Assembly (NCBI GenBank): GCA_021159365.1
Contig: JAGGRY010000011.1
Location: 1 to 53,407, forward strand
Source of the DNA: Nitrososphaerota archaeon
GTDB taxonomy: Archaea; Thermoproteota; Nitrososphaeria_A; Caldarchaeales; Wolframiiraptoraceae
Direction of reading: 5' to 3'
Length of the DNA: 53,407 nucleotides
Shown here: one piece after another, positions 1 to 8,300 of the stretch
How positions within the stretch are numbered: position 1 is the stretch's first letter
How the letters are laid out: every line of letters starts with the position of its first letter
Program-made: the position numbers and the translations under genes
The notes under the pieces: generated by a model
What the model was told of the DNA's origin: nothing
The model's database searches: none
Seen by the model: only the letters and a program-made list of their open reading frames with translations

Positions 1-93
1 TGTAATTCGCGTGAAGTTGTTTTAGCAGAGCTCTATGTCGTACATTAGAGTTCAATAGAGCGAGCCAGGGATCTCTCGCTAAAGAAAGAAGAT

Positions 94-1071
94 TTGAAAA
101 TGATGTTAAGGAAGATGCTTGAGGCTAGGAGATTTGAGGAGATGGTTGAGAGATTATTCTTGGTGGAGGGAAAGCTCATAGGTCCAGCGCATCTCTATCT
201 CGGTGAGGAAGCGGTTGCGGCTGGAGTTATAGGAGCTCTTAGAGAAGATGATGTTATAGTCTCGACCTATAGAGGACATGGTCACGCGATCGCCAGAGGA
301 GTCTCAATGAAGGCATTGATGGCTGAGCTTTTCGGGAAGATCACTGGAACATGCAAGGGATTGAGTGGAAGCATGCATTCGGCTCTAAGCGTTGAGCATA
401 ATATTCCGATGGCCACGGCGATTGTTGGAAGCGGTATACCCATAGCATGTGGAGTGGGGTTGGCCTTGAAGTATAGGAAGGAAGACAGGATAGCGGCCGT
501 GTTCTTTGGAGATGGAGCGGTGAATACTGGAGCATTCAATGAGGGAGTGAACTTAGCTGCGGTTTGGAAGCTCCCAATATTATTTGTATGCGAGAATAAT
601 CTATATGCATTATCAGTTCCACATAAGAAGTCCTTTGCCGGTGAGAGTATAGCTGCTAGAGGAGCATGCTATGGAATAAAGTCATTTCTTGTTGAGGATG
701 GAAATGACGTAATTGCGGTCTATTATGCCGCCAGCAAAGCTGCTGAATATATTCGATCCGGTAATGGGCCAGCATTCATCGAATGCAGGACCTATAGAAA
801 GAAGGGACACGGAGTCTATGATACTGCTTGGTATAGGCCAAAGGATGAAGTTGAGTTCTGGATGAAGAAAGATCCGATAGATAGATTCTTCAAGAAACTC
901 AAGAGCTTGGGAATAATCACAGAGGATGAGTTTAAGAGATGGGATGAGGAGATAGCTTCAATTCTAGAGGAAGCCGTTAAGGAAGCTGAGGAAGCTCCGA
1001 TCATGCCATTCGACGAGATGTGGGATTATCTCTATGTTAGTGGGGGTGCGAGGTATGGCGAGTGGCGTTAG
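94..1071 (+). CDS. 2-oxoacid (pyruvate/acetoin-type) dehydrogenase complex E1 component, alpha subunit (TPP-dependent)
   Basis: 325-aa ORF. It has the YRGHGH motif and the TPP-binding signature GDGAVNTGAFNEGVNLA...LFVCENN. E1-beta and E2 ORFs follow directly. Confidence 0.85.
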   Translation: MKMMLRKMLEARRFEEMVERLFLVEGKLIGPAHLYLGEEAVAAGVIGALREDDVIVSTYRGHGHAIARGVSMKALMAELFGKITGTCKGLSGSMHSALSVEHNIPMATAIVGSGIPIACGVGLALKYRKEDRIAAVFFGDGAVNTGAFNEGVNLAAVWKLPILFVCENNLYALSVPHKKSFAGESIAARGACYGIKSFLVEDGNDVIAVYYAASKAAEYIRSGNGPAFIECRTYRKKGHGVYDTAWYRPKDEVEFWMKKDPIDRFFKKLKSLGIITEDEFKRWDEEIASILEEAVKEAEEAPIMPFDEMWDYLYVSGGARYGEWR

Positions 1072-2041
1072 AGAGATAAGTTATGCTGAGGCTTTAAACG
1101 AGGCTTTGATAGAAGAGATGAGAAGAGACGATAGAGTGATAGTTTTCGGGGAAGACGTCGGAGTATTCGGAGGAGTCTATAAAGTGACTAAGGGATTATT
1201 GGAAGAATTTGGGCCGGAGAGAGTCTTGGATACACCGATCTCAGAAGCGGCCATAGCTGGAACAGCGATCGGAGCCGCTTTGATGGGACTTAGACCTGTG
1301 GCCGAGATAATGTATGTAGATTTCTTGACTCTCGCCACTGACATGCTCATAACCCATGCGGCGAAATTGAGATTTATGAGTGGAGGTCAAGTGAAGCTTC
1401 CAATGGTTATTAGAACTCAATATAGTTTGGGGAGAGCTCATGGATGTCAACACAGTCAATTTCTAGCTGCATGCTTCCTCCAATCACCTGGGATAAAAGT
1501 CGTCTTGCCTGGAACCCCGAAAGATGCCAAGGGCTTATTGAAGTCCGCTATAAGGGATGATGATCCCGTGCTCTTCATAGAATCAGGAGTTCTCTATAGG
1601 TTGAAGGGACCTGTTCCTGAAGATGAGTATTTGATACCTTTGGGTAAGTGTGATGTTAAGCGTGAGGGTGAGGACGTTACGATAGTCGCTGTGGCTAGAA
1701 CCGTCACCGAGGCTTTGAAGGCAGCCGATAAGCTCGCAGAAGAAGGAATAAGCGCGGAGGTAATAGACTTGATGACTATTCAGCCGATGGATTATGACAC
1801 GATAGTTAAATCAGTTATGAAGACGAATAGACTCGTCATAGCTGATGACAGCGTTAAGACATGCGGTATATCGGCCGAGGTCTCAGCATACATCAGCGAG
1901 TTCGCCTTCGACTATCTAGATGCCCCGATAATTAGGGTGAACTCTCCGCCGCTACCGATACCATTCTCACCGCAGCTTGAGAAGCAGTATATGATTGATT
2001 CTGATAAGATCGTTGACGCCGTTAAAAGGTTGGTGAAGTGA
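1055..2041 (+). CDS. 2-oxoacid dehydrogenase complex E1 component, beta subunit
   Basis: The N-terminus SYAEALNEALIEEMRRDDRVIVFGEDVG is typical of E1-beta/transketolase-like C-terminal subunits. The start is ambiguous: ATG 1034 or ATG 1055, both overlapping the E1-alpha 3' end. Confidence 0.85.
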   Translation: MASGVREISYAEALNEALIEEMRRDDRVIVFGEDVGVFGGVYKVTKGLLEEFGPERVLDTPISEAAIAGTAIGAALMGLRPVAEIMYVDFLTLATDMLITHAAKLRFMSGGQVKLPMVIRTQYSLGRAHGCQHSQFLAACFLQSPGIKVVLPGTPKDAKGLLKSAIRDDDPVLFIESGVLYRLKGPVPEDEYLIPLGKCDVKREGEDVTIVAVARTVTEALKAADKLAEEGISAEVIDLMTIQPMDYDTIVKSVMKTNRLVIADDSVKTCGISAEVSAYISEFAFDYLDAPIIRVNSPPLPIPFSPQLEKQYMIDSDKIVDAVKRLVK

Positions 2042-3159
2042 AGATGGCGGAACTCAAGATGCCTAGACTTGATCCAGTGATGGAAGAAGGGAGGATCGTG
2101 GAGTGGTTGAAGAAGGAGGGCGATGACGTAAGCAAGGGAGAAACCGTGTTGGTCGTTGAAGGTGAAAAGACCACCTTCGAGGTGGAATCGCCATATACGG
2201 GCAAGCTCGTCAAGATCTTGAAGAGATCCGGTGAAGTTGTCAAGGTTGGAGAAGCTATAGCTGTAATAGAGGAAGTCGAGGCTCCATCTCCTCCATCTAA
2301 GGTTAAGCCTAGGATTAGGATAAAGGCGAGTCCTGTCGCGAAAAAGCTTGCAAAAGAATTGGGGATATCCTTAGAAGAGGTTGAGGGAACTGGTCCAGGC
2401 GGTAGGATAACAAAAGAAGATGTCCTCAAATACGCAAAGGAACGTGGGATCGCGATTCCAGCAATCGCTCCTAAAGCCGAGGTCATCGAGGAGAAGGTTA
2501 AGAGGGTTCCATTTGCCGGAGTTAGAAGAGCTATAGCTAGAAGACTTAGCCCAGGGTTCCATGAAGCTTTACCAGTCGCCTTAACCATGGAGTTCGACGC
2601 TGATAAACTTCTTGAGCATAGAAAGGTTAAGGGTAAGCCATCATTCACGGCATACGCTGTTAAGGCCGTGGCTTTAGCCTTGAAGAAGCATCCGGAGATA
2701 AATCTAACTCTCGAAGGAGATGAGTTAATCTATCATGAATCCGTGAACATAGCTGTTGGAGTCGATACTCCTAAGGGCTTGATGGCTCCAGTCGTTAAAG
2801 ATGCCGATAAGAAGACATTAAAGGAATTGACCGAGATAATCGACGACTTCGCCGAGAGAGGTAGAAGAGGAGAGATAACGGTCGCCGAGCAATCCGGCCA
2901 CAGCTTCACCGTCACAAACCTCGGAGCACTTGGAGTAATTTATTTCACTCCAATAATCAATCCACCTGACGCGGCGATTCTCGCCCTCGGAACCGTTAAG
3001 CCCCAACCATATCTCACTGAAGAAGGTGAAGTAAAGTTGAAGCACGTCGGCTATCTAACTTTAGTCTTCGATCATAGACTGGTAGATGGGGCGCCGGCCG
3101 CCAGATTCCTCCAAACCATAAAGAGCCTCCTCGAGAACCCGGAGGCACTCGAACCTTGA
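2038..3159 (+). CDS. Dihydrolipoamide acyltransferase (E2) with lipoyl, subunit-binding and catalytic domains
   Basis: Lipoyl domain with candidate lipoyl-Lys in VVEGEKTTFEVESP. Peripheral subunit-binding domain ASPVAKKLAKELGISLEEVEGTGPGGRITKEDV. Catalytic motif DHRLVDGA. GTG 2038 overlaps the E1-beta stop (GTGA); the alternative start is ATG 2044. Confidence 0.85.
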   Translation: MKMAELKMPRLDPVMEEGRIVEWLKKEGDDVSKGETVLVVEGEKTTFEVESPYTGKLVKILKRSGEVVKVGEAIAVIEEVEAPSPPSKVKPRIRIKASPVAKKLAKELGISLEEVEGTGPGGRITKEDVLKYAKERGIAIPAIAPKAEVIEEKVKRVPFAGVRRAIARRLSPGFHEALPVALTMEFDADKLLEHRKVKGKPSFTAYAVKAVALALKKHPEINLTLEGDELIYHESVNIAVGVDTPKGLMAPVVKDADKKTLKELTEIIDDFAERGRRGEITVAEQSGHSFTVTNLGALGVIYFTPIINPPDAAILALGTVKPQPYLTEEGEVKLKHVGYLTLVFDHRLVDGAPAARFLQTIKSLLENPEALEP

Positions 3160-4178
3160 AAGCTGCTTACTCAGTTCCAGGTAGTGGAGTTGTTAAGCTT
3201 AGAGAGGTTGAAGTTCCCAAAATTGATGATGGCGAATTATTGGTGAAAATGAGGGCTGTTGGAATCTGTGGAACTGATCTGGAAAAGGTATACGGTAAAC
3301 CTATAACTCCCCCGATGCTGGGCCATGAAGTTGTCGGAGACATAGTTGATTCTAGGGCTGAGGGCTATGTAGTTGGAGAGAGGGTATTCGCTCATCATCA
3401 TGTCTCTTGTGGAAAATGCTACTACTGTTATCATGGAGATTATACCATGTGCCCGCTCTTCCTGAAGACGACGATAATTCCATGCGGATTCGCAGAATAC
3501 TTCAAGGTTCCTAGAATAAATGTCGAGCGGGGAGCAGTTCTCAAGATCCCGGATCACGTCAGCGACGAAGAAGCTATTTTCATCGAACCGGTTGGATGCG
3601 CGTTAAAGGGAGTCAAGAGAAGTGGATTTAAGCCTGGGATGAGCGTCTCGATAACCGGGGTTGGCCCCATGGGAGCGATCTTCATAAAACTCTTCAAGGC
3701 TTTCGGAGCATCCTTCATAGCGGCCGCAGATCTGGTCCCTTTCAGGATAGACTTAGCTAAGAGAATCGGAGCTAACGTTGCCTTAAATCCGAGGGAGGAA
3801 GACTTCGCCGAAGCATGTAAAAGAGAGACTGATGGGAGGGGGGTGGATATAGCTGTATTGGCGACTCCTTCCGTTAAAGCCCTGCCCACGGCCTTAAGCA
3901 CTCTGAGGAAGGGGGGAGTGCTCTTGATATTTGGAGCTCCAGAGAAGGGTGAGAAAAGTTTGCTTGACTTCTCATACATCTTCTTAAGAGAGATAAGCAT
4001 AATCACCAGCTATTCAACCTCAGAACTTGAAACAAACCTAGCCCTACGGTTAATATCAAGTGGAGTTATCAGATTCAGCGATCTAATAACTCACAAGTTT
4101 AAGCTAAGCGAGATCGACGAAGCATTCAAGGTTGCCCACGATCCCCATAAGAGCATGAAGGTAATGATAGTCGCCTAA
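3156..4178 (+). CDS. Zn-dependent medium-chain dehydrogenase/reductase (alcohol/polyol/threonine dehydrogenase-like)
   Basis: GHEVVGDIV catalytic-Zn motif, structural-Zn Cys cluster CGKCYYCYHGDYTMC and Rossmann GVGPMG. The TTG start overlaps the E2 stop, so it is probably co-transcribed. Confidence 0.75.
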   Translation: MKAAYSVPGSGVVKLREVEVPKIDDGELLVKMRAVGICGTDLEKVYGKPITPPMLGHEVVGDIVDSRAEGYVVGERVFAHHHVSCGKCYYCYHGDYTMCPLFLKTTIIPCGFAEYFKVPRINVERGAVLKIPDHVSDEEAIFIEPVGCALKGVKRSGFKPGMSVSITGVGPMGAIFIKLFKAFGASFIAAADLVPFRIDLAKRIGANVALNPREEDFAEACKRETDGRGVDIAVLATPSVKALPTALSTLRKGGVLLIFGAPEKGEKSLLDFSYIFLREISIITSYSTSELETNLALRLISSGVIRFSDLITHKFKLSEIDEAFKVAHDPHKSMKVMIVA

Positions 4179-4289
4179 TTTCATCGACAAAATATCACGT
4201 GACCCTAGATTTACTCTAAAGAAGTGTCTCCATCTTCGTGAAGACCGACATGGTGGTGTTCTAGCGATTCTCAAAACTCTTTAGAGAAC

Positions 4290-5327
4290 TTAGAATCTTA
4301 TCGCTACCTTCAGTTCTTTTCCTTGCCTTATCCTGTTAAACATCTCGACTATCTCATCGAGCCTCGCTTCCCTAGTTATCAATCTCTTTAACGGGAGCTT
4401 CTTAGACTCTATTATCCTCATGGCTCTTAGAACGTCTTGCGGAGTTAGGTGGAATGATCCTTGAATAGTTAATTCTCCATAATGGATCATGTAAGTGTCG
4501 AAGGATGCCTTAGTTCCAGATGGGCATCCGCCGAATAGGAGGACCTTTCCACCCTTCCTAGCTAGACTTAGACTTTGTTCCCATGTCTCGACCCTTCCAA
4601 CAGCCTCTATCACCACATCCGCTCCAAGTCCATTAGTCTCTTCCTTAACTCTTTCGACCGCGTTCTCATCCCTGTTATTTATCGTGACATCTGCTCCAAG
4701 TTCTTCCGCAAACCTCAATCTATCGGGACTTATATCGATGACTATAGTCTTCTTAGATCCAGAGATCTGCGCCAAGAGCAAATGCATTAATCCTATTGGG
4801 CCTGCTCCGATTATCGCTACAGTGTCTCCAAGGTCTATGCGTATGAGCCTTTGGCCTCTAACGACGCATGAAAACGGTTCAAGTAGCGCTGCCTCAACAG
4901 GCTCAACATCTTCAGTCACATGATACAGATTAAATCTAGCTACCCTTGGAGGAACTTTGACATATTCAGCATAAGCTCCATTGACCGTGAAGCCTATTAT
5001 CTGATCCATTAAGCTCTCGCATAGATTTGGTTTGCCGAGCTTGCAATAGATGCAGTGACCGCATGGAGCAGAGTTAACGGTGACTATCCTGTCTCCAGGT
5101 TTAACCCAATCCACTCCCTCGCCAACTTCCTCAACTATTCCAGTGTATTCATGGCCCATTATCAGCGGAGGCTTCGTAAACGGATATCCCCTTAGATACG
5201 TCTTTAGATCTGTTCCACATGTTAAGGCCACTGAGGTCTTGACAAGAATCTCTCCAGGTCCAGGTTCCGGCTTCTCAACATCCTCAACTCTCAAATCTCC
5301 AGGACCGTAGAAGACCGCCGCTCTCAA
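4290..5327 (-). CDS. Zn-dependent medium-chain dehydrogenase/reductase (sorbitol/threonine dehydrogenase-like)
   Basis: GHEYTGIVEEVG, CGHCIYCKLGKPNLC and GAGPIGL motifs; 345 aa. Confidence 0.75.
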   Translation of the reverse strand: MRAAVFYGPGDLRVEDVEKPEPGPGEILVKTSVALTCGTDLKTYLRGYPFTKPPLIMGHEYTGIVEEVGEGVDWVKPGDRIVTVNSAPCGHCIYCKLGKPNLCESLMDQIIGFTVNGAYAEYVKVPPRVARFNLYHVTEDVEPVEAALLEPFSCVVRGQRLIRIDLGDTVAIIGAGPIGLMHLLLAQISGSKKTIVIDISPDRLRFAEELGADVTINNRDENAVERVKEETNGLGADVVIEAVGRVETWEQSLSLARKGGKVLLFGGCPSGTKASFDTYMIHYGELTIQGSFHLTPQDVLRAMRIIESKKLPLKRLITREARLDEIVEMFNRIRQGKELKVAIRF

Positions 5328-5434
5328 TTAAATTGCACCTCGATTATAGCGTTTAATGGGTTAAGATAAGTTTTCGGTCTCCCATTTCTTCGGCGAAACA
5401 GCTCATTCGCCAGTCCACGTAGGATTCTTTCTTA

Positions 5435-6118
5435 TCATTCGAGGTCTAGAACGATTTTTCCCTTTTGTCCATAATCCTTCTTGAAGAACTTTCTCATCTT
5501 TTCAACGAGCTCTGTTGGTATTCTACCTATCTCACTCTTTCCGAGGAGCATTATCCAGAAATACGTCCTAGCTTCTTCTTCGACTAGGATCGCTACATTA
5601 TATGCTTCCTCTAAGCTCTCACCAACCGCCACAACTCCATGATTCCTTATCAAAGCCGCTACTCCATCCTCTCCGAGAGCTTTCACCACTTCATCCGCTA
5701 AGTCCTTGGTTCCAGGTAAGACGAAGCCTGTCACGGGAACTTCATGCCCCACCGCCGAGGCGAACTCAACCGTTAAGACCGGTATCGGCTCATTTATGAC
5801 AGATAGCGTCATAGCGTATGGCGAATGCGTGTGAATCACCGCGTTCACATCATCTCTAGCTTTATAGATCCCGAGATGCATGCTCGTCTCAATGGTGGGC
5901 TTTAGATCTCCTCTCAAAACATTTCCCTCAAGATCCATGAGGAGGAGATTTTCGGGCTTGAGAGCCGTCTTTTCGAATCCACTCGGAGTTATCAGCACTT
6001 TTTCACGGTCAAATCTTACGCTTAGATTTCCCCAAGTCCCAGCCATAAGCCTATACTGGAAGCACTTCCTCGCAACTTTTATCAGCTTTTCCCTTAGTTC
6101 ATATTCGGACAACTTCAT
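5435..6118 (-). CDS. Class II aldolase/adducin family protein (fuculose-1-P aldolase / ribulose-5-P 4-epimerase / MtnB-like)
   Basis: GNLSVR, metal-ligand region VIHTHSPYAMTLS and NHGVVAVGESLEEA are typical of the family. Confidence 0.75.
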   Translation of the reverse strand: MKLSEYELREKLIKVARKCFQYRLMAGTWGNLSVRFDREKVLITPSGFEKTALKPENLLLMDLEGNVLRGDLKPTIETSMHLGIYKARDDVNAVIHTHSPYAMTLSVINEPIPVLTVEFASAVGHEVPVTGFVLPGTKDLADEVVKALGEDGVAALIRNHGVVAVGESLEEAYNVAILVEEEARTYFWIMLLGKSEIGRIPTELVEKMRKFFKKDYGQKGKIVLDLE

Positions 6119-6187
6119 CTAACTTGATGAATTAAGCCATGTAATTAACCTTACCAGTTGAGAGTTAATGATCTAGTATCGATCTGC

Positions 6188-6637
6188 TCATTCCTTACGC
6201 TCTCGATAAATTTCTGGAGCCCCTTTAATGCATAAGAAGATCAGCGGCTCATCATGATCGTTGAAGAACTGATGTATCTCATTCGATTCTATGAATATGG
6301 CATCCCCCTCTCCTATTTCCACTTCTCTCCGATCACCATCTTTGATCGTCAAAAGTCTTCCTCTACCCTTTAGGACAAGTATCTCATGCTCATAGATGTG
6401 TTGATCCGGCGGGGTGGATTCATGCGGCTCAATCGTGAAGATTCTCATATGGAATTTCTTGGCGCCCTGTTTATCGGTTATCAAGTATTGAGCCCATATC
6501 CTCTTCCCCTTATAGGTATCCTTTGCAACTGGAACCCTCTCAACATCTCTAACATTCACCATATACATGACGTGAATAACTTGGATTCGGTTTCTTATCT
6601 CTTTTACTCTATAAGCCGCTAGCGCTTTCCTTATCAA
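6188..6637 (-). CDS. Cupin domain protein
   Basis: Cupin motifs around PPDQHIYEHEILVLKGRG and GDAIFIESNEIHQF. The true start may be an internal Met (about 6568 or 6562). Confidence 0.6.
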   Translation of the reverse strand: MIRKALAAYRVKEIRNRIQVIHVMYMVNVRDVERVPVAKDTYKGKRIWAQYLITDKQGAKKFHMRIFTIEPHESTPPDQHIYEHEILVLKGRGRLLTIKDGDRREVEIGEGDAIFIESNEIHQFFNDHDEPLIFLCIKGAPEIYRERKE

Positions 6638-6741
6638 TGTATTTTGATTTAAGGCTTCAGTTAAATATAGTATCAGTGCGAGGCCTTTTCCATTGCTTTG
6701 AGTTTCAAGAAATAAGGGTGTTCAGGCTTTGATATGCATCT

Positions 6742-7374
6742 TTAGATTACGTTGTCCCTACTTACTTGGCTTCTTTCATCGGTCTTTAAGGGTTCTGGGA
6801 GTTCTGGGAATTGATTACTCATCCTTTGGGCGGCTATCTCCGAGGCTTCTTCGAGAATTCTTCTTGCCTCGCTGTCCGCGACCATCACGGAGACCGTTGC
6901 GCCGGTCACATTTCCTGCCTCGACCATGATTCCCTCAAGCATTTCATCCACCATTCTCAAGTTATGCGCGACTTCTGGAACTAGTCCGCTTAGATCTGAT
7001 TGAATTCTCCTAATTATCTTGGTGGCCGGTGCGAGGACGTTCATGACATCTCCGAAGTCTCTTATCGTCTCCAGCCTCAAGATCACTTTCTCAAGCGATA
7101 TCTGGCTCTTCAAGATCGTTCTAGACATCTTTCTTAATTGAGCTATCTCATTTGCGTAGATCGTCGCCCTGTCTCTATCTAGTTCCTGCTCAGCTCTAAC
7201 GCATGCTTCAAAGAGTTCTTTATCCCTCGCTAGGAGTCTATGATAAGTCCTCTTTAGCTTCTCCGCTTGAACCTTTAGATGGGTTAAGATATCCATGATC
7301 CTTGGGCTTATAACCCTGAATTCCCTCGGCCTTTCCTCAACCCTCCTTTCCTGCTTAAAGAATGGAAACCTCAT
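6742..7374 (-). CDS. ESCRT-III / Snf7 (CdvB-like) family coiled-coil protein
   Basis: 210 aa, predicted all-helical. The core IYANEIAQLRKMSRTILKSQISLEKVILRLETIRDFGDVMNVLAPATKIIRRIQ...VDEMLEGI resembles the alpha1-alpha4 Snf7 core, with an acidic/Pro-rich tail. This is recognition by pattern only. Confidence 0.5.
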   Translation of the reverse strand: MRFPFFKQERRVEERPREFRVISPRIMDILTHLKVQAEKLKRTYHRLLARDKELFEACVRAEQELDRDRATIYANEIAQLRKMSRTILKSQISLEKVILRLETIRDFGDVMNVLAPATKIIRRIQSDLSGLVPEVAHNLRMVDEMLEGIMVEAGNVTGATVSVMVADSEARRILEEASEIAAQRMSNQFPELPEPLKTDERSQVSRDNVI

Positions 7375-7668
7375 CTCTTACTCAAACGCTCACTCACGGA
7401 CCTGTATTTATCGCTTCAAAGAATTTTGATGTCAAGTAAGACTTCTAGAATATTATGGGATGACTGCGGGATTTCAAGCTCTTCGAAGAGAAAGAAACTC
7501 TTCGGTTCATATGAGATCTAGATCCATGGAAAGAAATGCGATCTCTAAGCCTCTCCACTATAGCCATGGACAAGCTTTAGGTACGCTGTAGACGTGGCCT
7601 CTTGACTTGGTTATGCCTCGAAGAAGTTAAATCGCTGTCTTAACTTATTCCTTTGAGGCTGCTGGGCT

Positions 7669-8286
7669 TTGATGGAACCTTCGGCGATAGTCTTCGCGAA
7701 TATGGGGAAGTTTAGGGGGGTCTCGAAAGGGCTTTTCCCGATAGCCGGAAAACCTATGATAGAGTATGTTCTCGACTCGATACCAGATGAGGTCTCGGAT
7801 ATCTTGATCGCCGTCGAAGATGAAGAGAATGTCTCAGAGTATCAAGACTTGGCCGATCAATACTTAGCTAAAGTCGTCGTCTCCGGATCAAGGATCGGAA
7901 ACTTTAGGAAGGATCTAGAGTTCGCCGTAAACTCGATCAAGGGAGATAGATTTCTAGTTCTTCCATGCGATGCTCCACTGATAACCATGGAGTTCACGAA
8001 ATTTTTGGTCGATGCCTCTCAAAAGTTTCCAGCAGTTCTCCCAAGAACTCCATCTAGGAGAGTATCCTATCTAACGGCATCCTACCAGAAGAAACCTTTA
8101 GAGGAGGTCTTTAAATCGAGTCCAGATCTCGGAATGGAAGAAGTCATAAGAAAGCTCAAAGGCGCTGTATATCTCTCAAGCAATAGCTTAAAGATATTCG
8201 ATGAAAAATTGAACATGTTCTTCAGGGTGAGTTGTAAGGCTGATGTGGATAAGGCTGAAAGATTCTTGAGGAAGATGCTACGCTGA
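7669..8286 (+). CDS. MobA-like nucleotidyltransferase (NTP_transf_3-like), divergent
   Basis: The N-terminus AIVFANMGKFRGVSKGLFPIAGKPMIEYVLDSI resembles the MobA/GlmU-type NTP-binding loop but is degenerate, and LVLPCDAPLIT is present. Start is TTG 7669 or ATG 7672. Confidence 0.45.
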   Translation: MMEPSAIVFANMGKFRGVSKGLFPIAGKPMIEYVLDSIPDEVSDILIAVEDEENVSEYQDLADQYLAKVVVSGSRIGNFRKDLEFAVNSIKGDRFLVLPCDAPLITMEFTKFLVDASQKFPAVLPRTPSRRVSYLTASYQKKPLEEVFKSSPDLGMEEVIRKLKGAVYLSSNSLKIFDEKLNMFFRVSCKADVDKAERFLRKMLR

Positions 8287-8300
8287 ATGTTGAGAGCTGG

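Noticed and set aside
2022-2648. 208-aa minus-strand ORF antisense to the E2 gene
   Set aside because: It is a shadow ORF of a confidently identified gene. It is Ser/Thr/Leu/Pro-rich and low in complexity, with no motif. The same reasoning applies to the other small antisense ORFs inside E1, E2 and the dehydrogenases (282-539, 341-535, 816-1004, 1241-1459, 2371-2562, 2733-3045, 3237-3557, 3554-4006, 4495-4923, 4575-4790, 5080-5310).
7429-7524. 31-codon ORF (MSSKTSRILWDDCGISSSSKRKKLFGSYEI) in the long spacer
   Set aside because: It is too short and has no supporting evidence. It is mentioned only in the spacer finding.
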